A stretch of DNA of 51,479 nucleotides, taken from assembly GCA_018824725.1 (NCBI GenBank), contig JAHJGB010000062.1, forward strand, positions 1 through 51,479. The letters are read 5' to 3'. Shown piece by piece: positions 1 to 9,086 of this stretch. The notes below the pieces were generated by a model that searched no databases, had not been told where the DNA came from, and saw only the letters and a program-made list of their open reading frames with translations. Position 1 is the first letter of the stretch. Each line of letters starts with the position of its first letter. The position numbers and the translations under genes are program-made. Origin of the DNA: Candidatus Omnitrophota bacterium. GTDB taxonomy: Bacteria; Omnitrophota; Gorgyraeia; Gorgyraeales; Gorgyraeaceae.

Positions 1-9
1 GGGAGGTCA

Positions 10-44
10 TGGGAGCCCGACTCCCGTAGGGAGTCGGGCTCCCA
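10..44. repeat. Family A REP-like hairpin (16-bp stem TGGGAGCCCGACTCCC, loop GTA)
   Basis: Perfect inverted repeat 10-25 / 29-44. The same GGGAGTCGGGCT(T/C)CC core recurs at 6413, 9845, 36127, 48083 and 51440. Confidence 0.9.
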
Positions 45-52
45 AATCCGTG

Positions 53-1588
53 TTATACTTCAATTCTCGGAAACAACGGCGCGGCCTTGCTGATTTTTGT
101 GCCCGGCTTAAACAAGCCCCATTTCAAATCATTGAAACTTCTTTTTTCTATATCCTCAAGGCCGAGCTGCTCTGCCATCTTAACCGATGCAGCCGGCATG
201 AACGGCATCAATGCCGCTGACACCATCCTCAGGACCTCGCAGAGATCATACATCATATCTTTCAACTCATCCTGCTTGTTTTCCTTTGACAATTTCCACG
301 GCGCCTTCTGCTCTATGAATTTATTCGCAATATTTATCAGGCTCCATATGTTATTAAGAGAATAACTAAAATCTATATTATCCATGCCTTTTTTTATTTC
401 AGAATCCAGAATCCCGGCTTTATCAATAAGAGATCTTGTGATTTCATCCGAATATTTCAAATCTCTTCTTTCAGGCACAATCCCGGAAAAATATTTCTCA
501 ACCATTGACAATGTCCTGTGTAAAAGATTCCCCAGGTCATTCGCGAGATCGCTGTTAATCCTGGCAATCAAGGCCTCTTCTGAAAATGACCCGTCTGAAC
601 CGAACTGCACCTCTTTTAGAAGAAAAAATCTGTACGCATCCACTCCGAATTTATCGACCATCTCAATGGGATTTACAACATTGCCTTTCGACTTGGACAT
701 CTTATCCCCGCCTATATTCCACCAGCCATGCGCAAAAATTGTCTTTGGCAGCTCCAGTCCTGCGGCGTGGAGCATTATAGGCCAGTTGACCGCATGCATC
801 CTCAGGATATCTTTGCCGATCATATGCACATCAGCAGGCCAAAATTTATTGAACTTTTCCACATCGCTTTCGTATCCGCACACGCTTATATAATTTATCA
901 AGGCGTCAAACCACACGTAAGTAACATGGTCTTTGCTGAAAGGTATTTCTATGCCCCACGTAAGCCTTGATTTCGGCCTGGATACGCATAGATCATTCAA
1001 AGGATTTTTTAGAAACCCCAGCATCTCGTTGCGCCGCATAGCAGGCAATATAAAATCATCGTGCGATTTTATGTAATCTATAAGCCAATCCTGATATTTT
1101 GAAAGTTTAAAGAAAAAATTCTTCTCTTTTATGCGCTCAACTTTTCTCCGGCAGTCCGGGCAGTTTCCATCCACGAGCTGCGTCTCTATCCAGAAACTCT
1201 CGCACGGAGTGCAATACCACCCGCTGTATTCGTCCTCGTACAGATTCCCGTTTTTATGGAACATTTCTAATATATCTTTTACCACCTTTTCATGCCGAGG
1301 CTCTGTTGTGCGGATAAAATCAGTATAATCTATTTCCAGCTTTTTCCATAATCCCAGAAAAACCGGGACTATGGCGTCAACAAACTCCTTGGGCTCTATG
1401 CCTTTTGCCTGGGCTGCGTCTTTTATCTTCTGGCCGTGCTCGTCAGTGCCTGTAGCGAATAAAACCTCGCAGCCCATAAACCTTTTATATCGCGCAAGCG
1501 TATCGCAGGCGATATTTGTATAAGAATGCCCTATGTGAGGCGAGCTGTTTACGTAATATATTGGGGTAGTTATATAAAATTTGCTCAT
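53..1588 (-). CDS. metG: Methionine--tRNA ligase (short form without the C-terminal tRNA-binding domain)
   Basis: 511-aa ORF starting at ATG. Class I HIGH motif (SSPHIGHSYT), KMSKS (DKMSKSKG), zinc knuckles CTPC...CPDC. Confidence 0.95.
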   Translation of the reverse strand: MSKFYITTPIYYVNSSPHIGHSYTNIACDTLARYKRFMGCEVLFATGTDEHGQKIKDAAQAKGIEPKEFVDAIVPVFLGLWKKLEIDYTDFIRTTEPRHEKVVKDILEMFHKNGNLYEDEYSGWYCTPCESFWIETQLVDGNCPDCRRKVERIKEKNFFFKLSKYQDWLIDYIKSHDDFILPAMRRNEMLGFLKNPLNDLCVSRPKSRLTWGIEIPFSKDHVTYVWFDALINYISVCGYESDVEKFNKFWPADVHMIGKDILRMHAVNWPIMLHAAGLELPKTIFAHGWWNIGGDKMSKSKGNVVNPIEMVDKFGVDAYRFFLLKEVQFGSDGSFSEEALIARINSDLANDLGNLLHRTLSMVEKYFSGIVPERRDLKYSDEITRSLIDKAGILDSEIKKGMDNIDFSYSLNNIWSLINIANKFIEQKAPWKLSKENKQDELKDMMYDLCEVLRMVSAALMPFMPAASVKMAEQLGLEDIEKRSFNDLKWGLFKPGTKISKAAPLFPRIEV

Positions 1589-1597
1589 AATAGATAA

Positions 1598-1710
1598 TTC
1601 AAAAGTAAAAACGAAAAAGTCAAAACTACAATTAAAAATTCAAAATGTAGTTTTTTTAAATTTTAACTTTTAAGTCCTGGTTTTGCCTTTTTGGTTTTGA
1701 CTTTTTACTT
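1598..1710. repeat. Family B A-tract/T-tract long imperfect inverted repeat
   Basis: Left arm CAAAAGTAAAAACGAAAAAGTCAAAAC, right arm GGTTTTGACTTTTTAC. Copies also at 7166, 16624, 18344 and (inverted) 34354. Overlaps the yaaT stop codon. Confidence 0.85.
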
Positions 1711-2490
1711 ATTGTAGTCTAACTCTATCTGTTTGCCCTCTTCAAATTCAACGAGCACCTTCCGCTTCAACGCATTCACGCTTATGACCTTGCCTTTGCC
1801 TTCCGGCACAGTTATTTTTTCCCCTTCTTTCGGAAGTCCTTTCAGGTATTTTTTATAATTTTCATATTCGTAAGAAAGACAGCACATAAGCCTTCCGCAT
1901 ACGCCTGAAATCTTGGTCGGGTTCAGAGACAGATTCTGCTCTTTGGCCATCCTTATGGTAACCGCGTCAAAGCCTTTTAAAAAACTGGCGCAGCATAGAG
2001 GCCGGCCGCAATGCCCGAACCCGCCCAGCATCCTTGCCTCGTCCCTGACGCCTATCTGTTTTAATTCTATCCTGACTTTAAAAATATGCGCCAGGTCCTT
2101 TACGAGTTCCCTGAAATCCACCCTGTCTTCGGAAGTAAAATAAAAAATGAGCTTTGTGCCGTCAAATGAATACTCGGCATCAATGAGTTTCATCTCCAGT
2201 TTGCGCTCCTGTATCTTTTTTATGCATATCTGGAACGCATCTTTAATGCGCTTCTTGTTTTCATTTATCTGATTCACATCCTCCTGGGTAGCGACGCGTA
2301 TTATTTTCTTCAAAGGCTTCTTAAGCTCTTCCTCTGAAATCTTTTCCGGGATCCCTATAACCTGGGCATAATCCTGGCCTCTTTCAGCGTCTATTATCAC
2401 ATAATCTCCCACCTTTGTCTGTAAACCATTCGCATCATAAAAAACTATATTTCCGGATTCCCTTATCTTTACCTCTATAATTCCATGCAT
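1705..2490 (-). CDS. yaaT: PSP1-domain protein (YaaT/RicT-like)
   Basis: 261 aa. Cys-rich PSP1 signature GHCGRPLCCASFL ... GVCGRLMCCLSYE. The tmk-holB-yaaT order is known from Bacillus. Confidence 0.85.
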   Translation of the reverse strand: MHGIIEVKIRESGNIVFYDANGLQTKVGDYVIIDAERGQDYAQVIGIPEKISEEELKKPLKKIIRVATQEDVNQINENKKRIKDAFQICIKKIQERKLEMKLIDAEYSFDGTKLIFYFTSEDRVDFRELVKDLAHIFKVRIELKQIGVRDEARMLGGFGHCGRPLCCASFLKGFDAVTIRMAKEQNLSLNPTKISGVCGRLMCCLSYEYENYKKYLKGLPKEGEKITVPEGKGKVISVNALKRKVLVEFEEGKQIELDYNK

Positions 2491-2492
2491 AG

Positions 2493-3545
2493 TTATTGCC
2501 TTTCTAGCTCAATCGCCATGTTGAAAAGCGCCATCTTTGGATTTATGTTTCTTCTTATATAATTCATAGTTTTCATTACGCTGGATATGTCCCTTTCGAG
2601 CTTATCTGCGGAAAACCTGGCAGAATAAGAGAATATCTCCTCTATCCTGTCTGCGTTCAGGAAAATATTCCTGTCTTGGGTGAATTTTGAAACCAATAAA
2701 TCCCTGTACCAGGATAAAAGCATGCCAAGCGACGCGTCCAGGTCGTTATATTTTTTATCGTCGCATGCCTCTTCCCTCAATATAGCCCTCTTTCTTAAGA
2801 AAAAGTCGTTCAGCATCCTGTCGCGTTCCCTGATCTCGTCGTTTTCTTTGAAGGCTATTGCCCTGCCGGGGCTGCCCAAGGCCATGCGCGAAAATAAAAC
2901 CGCTTCTTCTTCATTAAAACCCTGCCTATTGATAAGAATTTCCTGAATCCTAGCCTGGCTTAAAAGATTGAACTTCACAACCTTGCATCTGGAAAATACC
3001 GTAGGCAATATCCCGGAAACGGCCGAGGTGGTCAATATGAATATCTGGTTTTCCCTGGGCTCTTCCAGGATTTTCAAAAGCGCGTTCTGGGATTCTTCGT
3101 TCATATCCTCTGCTTCAGCTATTATAAAAATCTTTTTCCTGGCCTCATAAGGCTTCAGGCTCGCCTGATAAATAACATCCCTTATCCTGTCTATCTTGAT
3201 AAAACTAGCTCCTTCTTCTTTCCGGATAATAAATAAATCCGGGTGATTTAAAGAGTCTATACATTCGCCCGCCACAGAAACAACGGCGGGCTCAGTATTC
3301 CGCCCACAGGAACCCCGGGCCTTAGCCCGGGTAGGCTCCATTTTCTTGCACGAAACGCATTCTCCGCATGCATCCGGCCCTAATTTAGCGCAATTAATTG
3401 CCTTGGCAAATTCTATGCCGGCAGAGAACTTTCCCACGCCTTTAGGGCCTAAAAAAAGATAAGCGCCGTTTATATCTTCCTTGCCGAGCATAGCGTTAAG
3501 CGCCTTTACAGCGTTATCCTGTCCTATGATATCTCTTAGCGGCAT
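2493..3545 (-). CDS. holB: DNA polymerase III delta' subunit, carrying an in-frame repeat insertion
   Basis: 350 aa. P-loop-like GPKGVGK, Cys module CGECVSC, HPD motif, SRC motif (FSRCKVVKF). Overlaps tmk by 10 nt. Confidence 0.85.
   Translation of the reverse strand: MPLRDIIGQDNAVKALNAMLGKEDINGAYLFLGPKGVGKFSAGIEFAKAINCAKLGPDACGECVSCKKMEPTRAKARGSCGRNTEPAVVSVAGECIDSLNHPDLFIIRKEEGASFIKIDRIRDVIYQASLKPYEARKKIFIIAEAEDMNEESQNALLKILEEPRENQIFILTTSAVSGILPTVFSRCKVVKFNLLSQARIQEILINRQGFNEEEAVLFSRMALGSPGRAIAFKENDEIRERDRMLNDFFLRKRAILREEACDDKKYNDLDASLGMLLSWYRDLLVSKFTQDRNIFLNADRIEEIFSYSARFSADKLERDISSVMKTMNYIRRNINPKMALFNMAIELERQ
3258..3344 (-). repeat. Family F two-hairpin element inserted in frame in holB
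   Basis: The reverse complement reads AAAATGGAGCCTACCCGGG..CCCGGGGTTCCTGTGGGCGGAATACTGAGCCCGCC..GGCGGGCGAATGTAT. This is homologous to 33222..33329 and 30931..31038. Confidence 0.85.
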
Positions 3546-4156
3546 ATTTTCAGAACAGCCTTTCTGATTTCTTCCTGGGTCAGGGTTATTTCGCCCCTAG
3601 AAGATAACACCTTGACTCTTTTAGGTTCTTTTTTTGCGATAGAGAGGTATCCGTTTCTCACTTTATTATGATAAAGGATAGACTTTCTCTCCATCCTGTC
3701 TTTGGACCTGCCGGCCCTTAAAAGCCCGGCCCTGGCATCTATATCCAACAAAAATGTAATGTCAGGCCTGAGGCCTTTTGTAACAATGCCTGCTATATTT
3801 TCTATGACTTTCAAATCCATGCCTCCGGCATACCCCTGATAAGCAAGGGTAGCGTCGGTAAATCTGTCGCATACCACTATCTTACCCTGCGCCAGCGCAG
3901 GTAAAATTTTCTGCTCTACTATCTGGGCTCTGGCTGCCATATATAAAAGCATCTCGCAAGCCACATTCATGCCTTTATTTTTAGGGTCCAGGAGAATCTT
4001 GCGTATTTTCTCGCTGACGAGTGTACCGCCAGGCTCGCGCGTATGCAAAACTTTATAGCCCTTCTTTAGCAAAAATCCGCATAGTAATCTGGAATGCGTG
4101 GTCTTGCCGCTTCCTTCAGGACCTTCAAATGTTATAAATATTCCGTGTTTTGACAT
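3536..4156 (-). CDS. tmk: Thymidylate kinase
   Basis: 206 aa. P-loop FITFEGPEGSGKTT, DRF motif (CDRFTDAT), LID-region arginines. Confidence 0.95.
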   Translation of the reverse strand: MSKHGIFITFEGPEGSGKTTHSRLLCGFLLKKGYKVLHTREPGGTLVSEKIRKILLDPKNKGMNVACEMLLYMAARAQIVEQKILPALAQGKIVVCDRFTDATLAYQGYAGGMDLKVIENIAGIVTKGLRPDITFLLDIDARAGLLRAGRSKDRMERKSILYHNKVRNGYLSIAKKEPKRVKVLSSRGEITLTQEEIRKAVLKICR

Positions 4157-4176
4157 AATTATTTAATTTTGCGCTT

Positions 4177-4320
4177 GGGCCATTCGGCACTGAAATAATT
4201 TTGCCGTCCGCTGCGGTTTACGGCTCATTTTTTATACCGAAGGAAGTCTTGACGGTATAAAAACTTCGCCGTAATTCCTTGCGGACATTTGGCAAAATTT
4301 TTCTAATGTGCCTCAGACCC
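4177..4320 (-). repeat. Family D 150-nt multi-hairpin core, inverted copy without the outer hairpin
   Basis: The reverse complement aligns along its whole length with 23138..23289 and 32687..32838 (GGGTCTGAGGCACATTAGAAAAATTT...TTTTTATACCG..CGGTATAAAAA...). Confidence 0.85.
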
Positions 4321-4331
4321 AAGCACAAAAT

Positions 4332-5754
4332 CTATTTCCTTCTCCAGACGGTTCCGTCCTTTGCGTCTTCCAATATAACGCCTACTTCTTCTAACTCTTT
4401 TCTAATCCTATCGGCTTCTTTGAAATCCTTATTTTTTCTTGCTATATCTCTCTTCTTAATAAAATTCTCTATTTCTTCTTTGCTTATTTTAACTTTATAT
4501 ACATTAACCCTTGCAATCAAATCCGCAGTTCCTCGGTGCATCAGCAATTCCTCTGATAATCCCAAAACCACTGCCAAACCAATCAATGTCTTTTTTGCAT
4601 AACCTAATTTTTCTCTGTTTTCTATATTTTTATTAATAAACAATATTAGTTCAAAAATAATACCCAGCGCTTGAGCTGTATTAAAATCATCATCCATAGC
4701 TTCTTCAAATCTTGAGCAGTATTTATCAACATCTTTGTCGGAACTATTTTCTACTTTTATATTTTTAAGTTTACCTATTAATATATCAATACGGTCGTAG
4801 GCTTTTTTCGCCTCTTCCATTTTTTCCCATGAAAAATCCACAGGATGGGAATAATGCGTCTGCAAAAATAATATTTTCAATACGTCAGCTGGGTATTTGG
4901 CCAATATATCTTCTATGGTGATAAAATTCCCCAGCGATTTGGCCATCTTTTCTTTATTGATGGTTAAAAGGCCGTTGTGCATCCAGTAACGCGCGAATTT
5001 ATTGCCTGCGCCTTCTGACTGCGCAACTTCATTCTCGTGATGCGGGAAAACCAGGTCTATGCCGCCTCCGTGTATGTCAAACTCGCCTCCCAGAATATCA
5101 GAACTCATCACCGAGCATTCTATATGCCATCCCGGCCTGCCGTTTCCCCATGGACTTTTCCATGAAGACTCGCCTTCTTTTGCGGATTTCCATAAAGTAA
5201 AATCCAGCGGGTCTTTTTTATTCTCCCCGGGAGCTATCCTAGCGCCTGATTCCAGCATCTCAAAACTCTGATTGGATAATTTCCCGTAACCATCAGCCTT
5301 CCGCACATCAAAATACACATCGCCGCCTGATGCGTAAGCTACTTCGTGCTCGATCAGTATTTTTATGAAATCTATCATCTTTTCTATATACTCTGTGGCC
5401 TTCGGCTCTTTATCAGGATGCATGATCCCGAGCCTTTCCATGTATTCGTGGTAGACTTTGAGATATTTGTCAGAAACCTTTTTTACGGCGCTGTTTAAAT
5501 CCTCTCCCTTGAATTCTTCTTTTGCCTTATTGATTATTTTATCGTCTACGTCTGTCACATTCCTGACAAATTTAACCTTATAGCCTCTGTATATAAAATA
5601 ACGGCGGACAACATCGAATGCGTAAGCGCTTCTCGCGTGCCCTATATGCGGGATATCGTAAACAGTCGGCCCGCAGACATACATGCTGACCCTGCCTTCT
5701 CTGATAGGCTGGAATTCTTCTTTTTTTTCTTGTAAGCGTATTATATATTTTCAT
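4332..5754 (-). CDS. cysS: Cysteine--tRNA ligase, reading frame broken by one extra A in an A8 run (plus-strand T8 at 5721-5728)
   Basis: ORF 5578..5760 gives [11 protein letters not shown], then goes out of frame. With A7 it reads [42 protein letters not shown] and joins ORF 4332..5684. HIGH and KMAKS motifs are present. Confidence 0.9.
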
Positions 5755-5775
5755 ACCCATTTTAAAATATCCTTG

Positions 5776-5921
5776 TTAATCGCTGAACTACGCGGAACTC
5801 CTCGATAAGCTCGGGGTAAACTCCACGCGGAACTACGCTGAAGCTAAACTCTAACTTCTGCGTATTTCCGCGTCTGTTCCGAGCGAAGCGAGGAACAGCT
5901 TCCGTGTTATTCCGCGATTAA
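5776..5921. repeat. Family C MITE-like element with TTAATCGC...GCGATTAA ends
   Basis: Shares GAACTACGCTGAAG..TAAC..CCGCGTCTGTTCCGAGCGAAGCGAGGAACAGCTTCCG with 12879..12991. Has terminal inverted repeats and an internal 7-bp-stem hairpin. Confidence 0.8.
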
Positions 5922-5924
5922 GAT

Positions 5925-6392
5925 TTATGCTAAACAAGCAATAGCGTACGCCGAAAGCGCCTCGCCTCTTCCTATTGCGCCTATACCTTCCTGGGTAGTG
6001 GCTTTCACGCTCACGCTGTCAATAGTTATGCCAAGCGCTGAAGCTATCTCCTTTCTCATATTATCTTTAAAAGGCGCTATCTTAGGCTCTTCCAGTATAA
6101 TCACTGAATCCACATATTCTACCCTGAAGCCTTTTTTCTTTATCTTTTCTGAAACCTCTTTTACAAGCTCTATGCTGGATATATTCAGGTACCTAGTGTC
6201 GTTCACAGGGAATTGATGGCCTATGTCGTCCAGGCCTGCAGCTCCTAAAATCGCATCGCATATGGCGTGAAGAAGCGCATCTCCGTCAGAATGACCTTGC
6301 AGGCCTTTTATATACGGAATCTCAACGCCTCCCAGCATAAGCGGCCTGCCTTCCACGAACCTGTGGATATCATAACCGATGCCTACTCGCAT
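5925..6392 (-). CDS. ispF: 2-C-methyl-D-erythritol 2,4-cyclodiphosphate synthase
   Basis: 155 aa. Motifs GIGYDIHRF and HSDGDALLHA. Confidence 0.95.
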   Translation of the reverse strand: MRVGIGYDIHRFVEGRPLMLGGVEIPYIKGLQGHSDGDALLHAICDAILGAAGLDDIGHQFPVNDTRYLNISSIELVKEVSEKIKKKGFRVEYVDSVIILEEPKIAPFKDNMRKEIASALGITIDSVSVKATTQEGIGAIGRGEALSAYAIACLA

Positions 6393-6412
6393 AAAACACT
6401 CCTTTGGAGAGC

Positions 6413-6449
6413 ATGGGAGTCCGACTCCCTATGGGAGTCGGACTCCCAT
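6413..6449. repeat. Family A REP-like hairpin
   Basis: ATGGGAGTCCGACTCCC-TAT-GGGAGTCGGACTCCCAT, a perfect 17-bp stem. Confidence 0.9.
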
Positions 6450-6457
6450 AACTCCCT

Positions 6458-7144
6458 CTACATATTCTTCTTAATAATTATTTTTGCCAATTCCAAATCT
6501 TCTCTAGTCGTGATTTTTATATTGCTATACGAGCCCATGACAATCTTTGTCTTCACGCCTGTTTTTTCCACAAGCATGGAATCATCTGTAGATTTAATAT
6601 TTTTCTGCCTGGCAATCTTATAAGCCTTCTCTATCAGAGCTCTCTTAAAAACCTGCGGGGTCTGGGCCTCCCAGAAATATTTTCTAGGAGGAGTGTTTTT
6701 AATAAAGCCGTTTTCTCCGACAAATTTCAAAGTAGGTTTCACAGGCACAGCTGCAATTGCTGCTCCGGTCCGGGACGCTTCCTTCAATAAAACTTCGATC
6801 AGCTTATCCGCGATAAAAGGCCTTATGCCGTCGTGAATCAAGACGTAATCAATGTCTTTTGAGACAGCCTTTAATGCATTATAAACAGAATCGCTTCTTT
6901 CTTTTCCTCCTATTACGAGCCTTGCCTTTTTTATATTATACTTTTTAATTATGTCTCTTCCGGCCTTCTTTATCTTATCTCTTCCTACGCTAACCAGTAT
7001 TTCTTTTATATTTTTATTTTTGGAAAGCGCTATCAGGGTGCGGGCAAGTATAGGCTTGGCGCCAAGATTTATGTAAGGTTTTTGTATCTTTGATTTTAAT
7101 CTGATGCCTGCGCCTGCTGCAGGGACAATAGCTGCTACATTCAT
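6458..7144 (-). CDS. ispD: 2-C-methyl-D-erythritol 4-phosphate cytidylyltransferase
   Basis: 228 aa. N-terminal AAIVPAAGAGIRL nucleotide-binding loop. Adjacent to ispF. Confidence 0.9.
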   Translation of the reverse strand: MNVAAIVPAAGAGIRLKSKIQKPYINLGAKPILARTLIALSKNKNIKEILVSVGRDKIKKAGRDIIKKYNIKKARLVIGGKERSDSVYNALKAVSKDIDYVLIHDGIRPFIADKLIEVLLKEASRTGAAIAAVPVKPTLKFVGENGFIKNTPPRKYFWEAQTPQVFKRALIEKAYKIARQKNIKSTDDSMLVEKTGVKTKIVMGSYSNIKITTREDLELAKIIIKKNM

Positions 7145-7165
7145 ATATTTAAAAAATATGTTAGC

Positions 7166-7290
7166 TTAAAAGTAAAAACGAAAAAGTCAAAACCACAATT
7201 AAAAATTCAAAACTTTACTATTTTTGTTTTCCGTTTTTTTAAATTTTAACTTTTGAGTTTCAGTTTTGCCTTTTTACTTTTAACTTTTTA
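7166..7290. repeat. Family B A-tract/T-tract inverted repeat
   Basis: AAAAGTAAAAACGAAAAAGTCAAAACCACAATTAAAAATTCAAAAC ... TTAAATTTTAACTTTTGAGTTTCAGTTTTGCCTTTTTACTTTTAAC. Overlaps the stop codon of the PIN/TRAM gene. Confidence 0.85.
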
Positions 7291-8295
7291 CTTCCTTGTG
7301 TTTTCCAAAAGTTTTCCAAAAATCATCCTGCCGGCTGCTGTCTGAAGCACGCTGCCCACTACCACATTTACGTTCTGGCCTATTAATCTCCTGCCGTTAT
7401 CCACTACTATCATTGTGCCGTCTTCCAGATACCCTACTCCCTGATTGTATTCCTTGCCTTCTTTGATAAGCCTTGTCTCAATCATTTCTCCGGGTAAAAC
7501 TACCGGCCTCAAGGAATTCGCAAGCTCATTAACATTCAACACCCTTATGCCCTGTATCTCTGAAACCTTATTCAGGTTATAATCGTTTGTGAATATCTTT
7601 GCGCTCAGGACTTTGGCCAGCTTTACTAGCTTCAGATCCACTTCTTTGATATCCGAGAAATCATCGTTATGTATCTTAACATCTATATTGGGATTTTTCT
7701 GGAGCTTTCCGAGTATATCGAGGCCTCTTCTCCCGCGTTCGCGCTTGAGGGAATCCGCAGAATCAGCTATCTGCTGCAATTCCTTTAATACAAAACGCGG
7801 GACTATGAATTTCCCATCCAGAAAACCTGTCTTGCATATATCCGCAATTCTGCCGTCTATAATAACGCTTGTATCCAGCAGTATCATCTCGTCTTTCTGG
7901 TCCTGCCTTGAAAATTTTACATAAGGTACTATTATATTAAACTCGTCCCTGCCTCTTATGGCCATGATCATGCCCAGATAGCAGAATACAAGTGTCAGCA
8001 CAACTCGCAAGGAATACACAAGATTTTTATCCAAAGATATAAGCGCAATGGTATCAGATACCAGCTTCGCCATTATGAGGCCGAATAACAGGCCGAAAAC
8101 AGCTGACGAAAGGCCCCGGACAGACACCTTCCTCGTGGTAAACTCTAGAATAATTATGAGTATGGCTATTAAAAAACCTATCGATGCGCCCAGCACGCTG
8201 AAATCAGCTGTGCCTGCCTGCACAAACGAGCCTATCTGAAAACCTATTATAACGCTGAGTATCACAAAGAATATACGTATAAAAATTAATGTCAT
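7288..8295 (-). CDS. Membrane-anchored PIN/TRAM domain protein (YacL-like)
   Basis: 335 aa. About 4 N-terminal TM helices, a PIN-like segment (ILLDTSVIIDGR) and a C-terminal TRAM-like barrel. The yacL-ispD-ispF order matches Bacillus. Confidence 0.75.
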   Translation of the reverse strand: MTLIFIRIFFVILSVIIGFQIGSFVQAGTADFSVLGASIGFLIAILIIILEFTTRKVSVRGLSSAVFGLLFGLIMAKLVSDTIALISLDKNLVYSLRVVLTLVFCYLGMIMAIRGRDEFNIIVPYVKFSRQDQKDEMILLDTSVIIDGRIADICKTGFLDGKFIVPRFVLKELQQIADSADSLKRERGRRGLDILGKLQKNPNIDVKIHNDDFSDIKEVDLKLVKLAKVLSAKIFTNDYNLNKVSEIQGIRVLNVNELANSLRPVVLPGEMIETRLIKEGKEYNQGVGYLEDGTMIVVDNGRRLIGQNVNVVVGSVLQTAAGRMIFGKLLENTRK

Positions 8296-8336
8296 ACAGT
8301 CTCCCTTCTATGACAGCTACAAGTTTTAAGCTAACT

Positions 8337-9068
8337 TTATTTCTTTTTTTTCTGTTCCCTCGGTTCAGGCGGCTTGAATAACAGTTTCCAAGGATGCTCT
8401 TTTATATCCAAAATCATATCATCGATGTGCTTGTACAATGTATCGTCTGACATAAGCCTTCCGATCGTGCCCTTGCCCTGTTTTGCGTAAGATAAAAAAT
8501 CCCTCAGATCGCCGCTCAACGCCTCCATGTTGCTAAAGGTATTCTTCAAAGATGTCCTTAGGGCCTCATCTCCGGCAATCTTATTCGCCGAATCTGTGAG
8601 AGTGCTTATTTTTTCTATAAGCTCTTTTGTGGACCTGGTAAGCTCTTCTGTGGACACAGGATCATGGCCTTTCAATGTATCGCCTTTTTGCAAAAGCCTT
8701 GTATCCCTGGTGCCTGGAAATATCTCCAGGTATTTTTCCCCCAGTAGCCCCAGCGTATTTATAGACGCCTTTGCGTTTTCGTTGATCCAGGTATTCTGTG
8801 ACACCCAGATATTTAATTTAACAAGAGGCTTATTTTCCTTTTCATCAAAATAAACCTTTATATCCTGCACCTCTCCTACCTGGACTCCTGAATAACGCAC
8901 GGGCGCGCCTACGCCGATACCGTTCGCAAAACTGAAGACCACATTTATGTTATACCCTTGCTTGACGCTGTAAAAATTTCCTATAGAAAATATTATTACG
9001 GAAAGTATCACTATGCCTATGAAAATAAATATGCCTACCTTTAACTCAAAATTCATTTTTGTAAACAT
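8337..9068 (-). CDS. mlaD: MCE-domain protein (MlaD-like lipid-transport substrate-binding component)
   Basis: 243 aa. One N-terminal TM helix followed by an MCE fold segment (VVFSFANGIGVGAPVRYSGVQVGEV). Directly downstream of mlaF. Confidence 0.8.
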   Translation of the reverse strand: MFTKMNFELKVGIFIFIGIVILSVIIFSIGNFYSVKQGYNINVVFSFANGIGVGAPVRYSGVQVGEVQDIKVYFDEKENKPLVKLNIWVSQNTWINENAKASINTLGLLGEKYLEIFPGTRDTRLLQKGDTLKGHDPVSTEELTRSTKELIEKISTLTDSANKIAGDEALRTSLKNTFSNMEALSGDLRDFLSYAKQGKGTIGRLMSDDTLYKHIDDMILDIKEHPWKLLFKPPEPREQKKKK

Positions 9069-9086
9069 TGGTACCTCCGCTTTATA

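Noticed and set aside
5578-5760. A 60-aa ORF that might be annotated as a separate small gene.
   Set aside because: Its first 11 codons are the true CysS N-terminus. The rest is out-of-frame read-through after the A8 frameshift.
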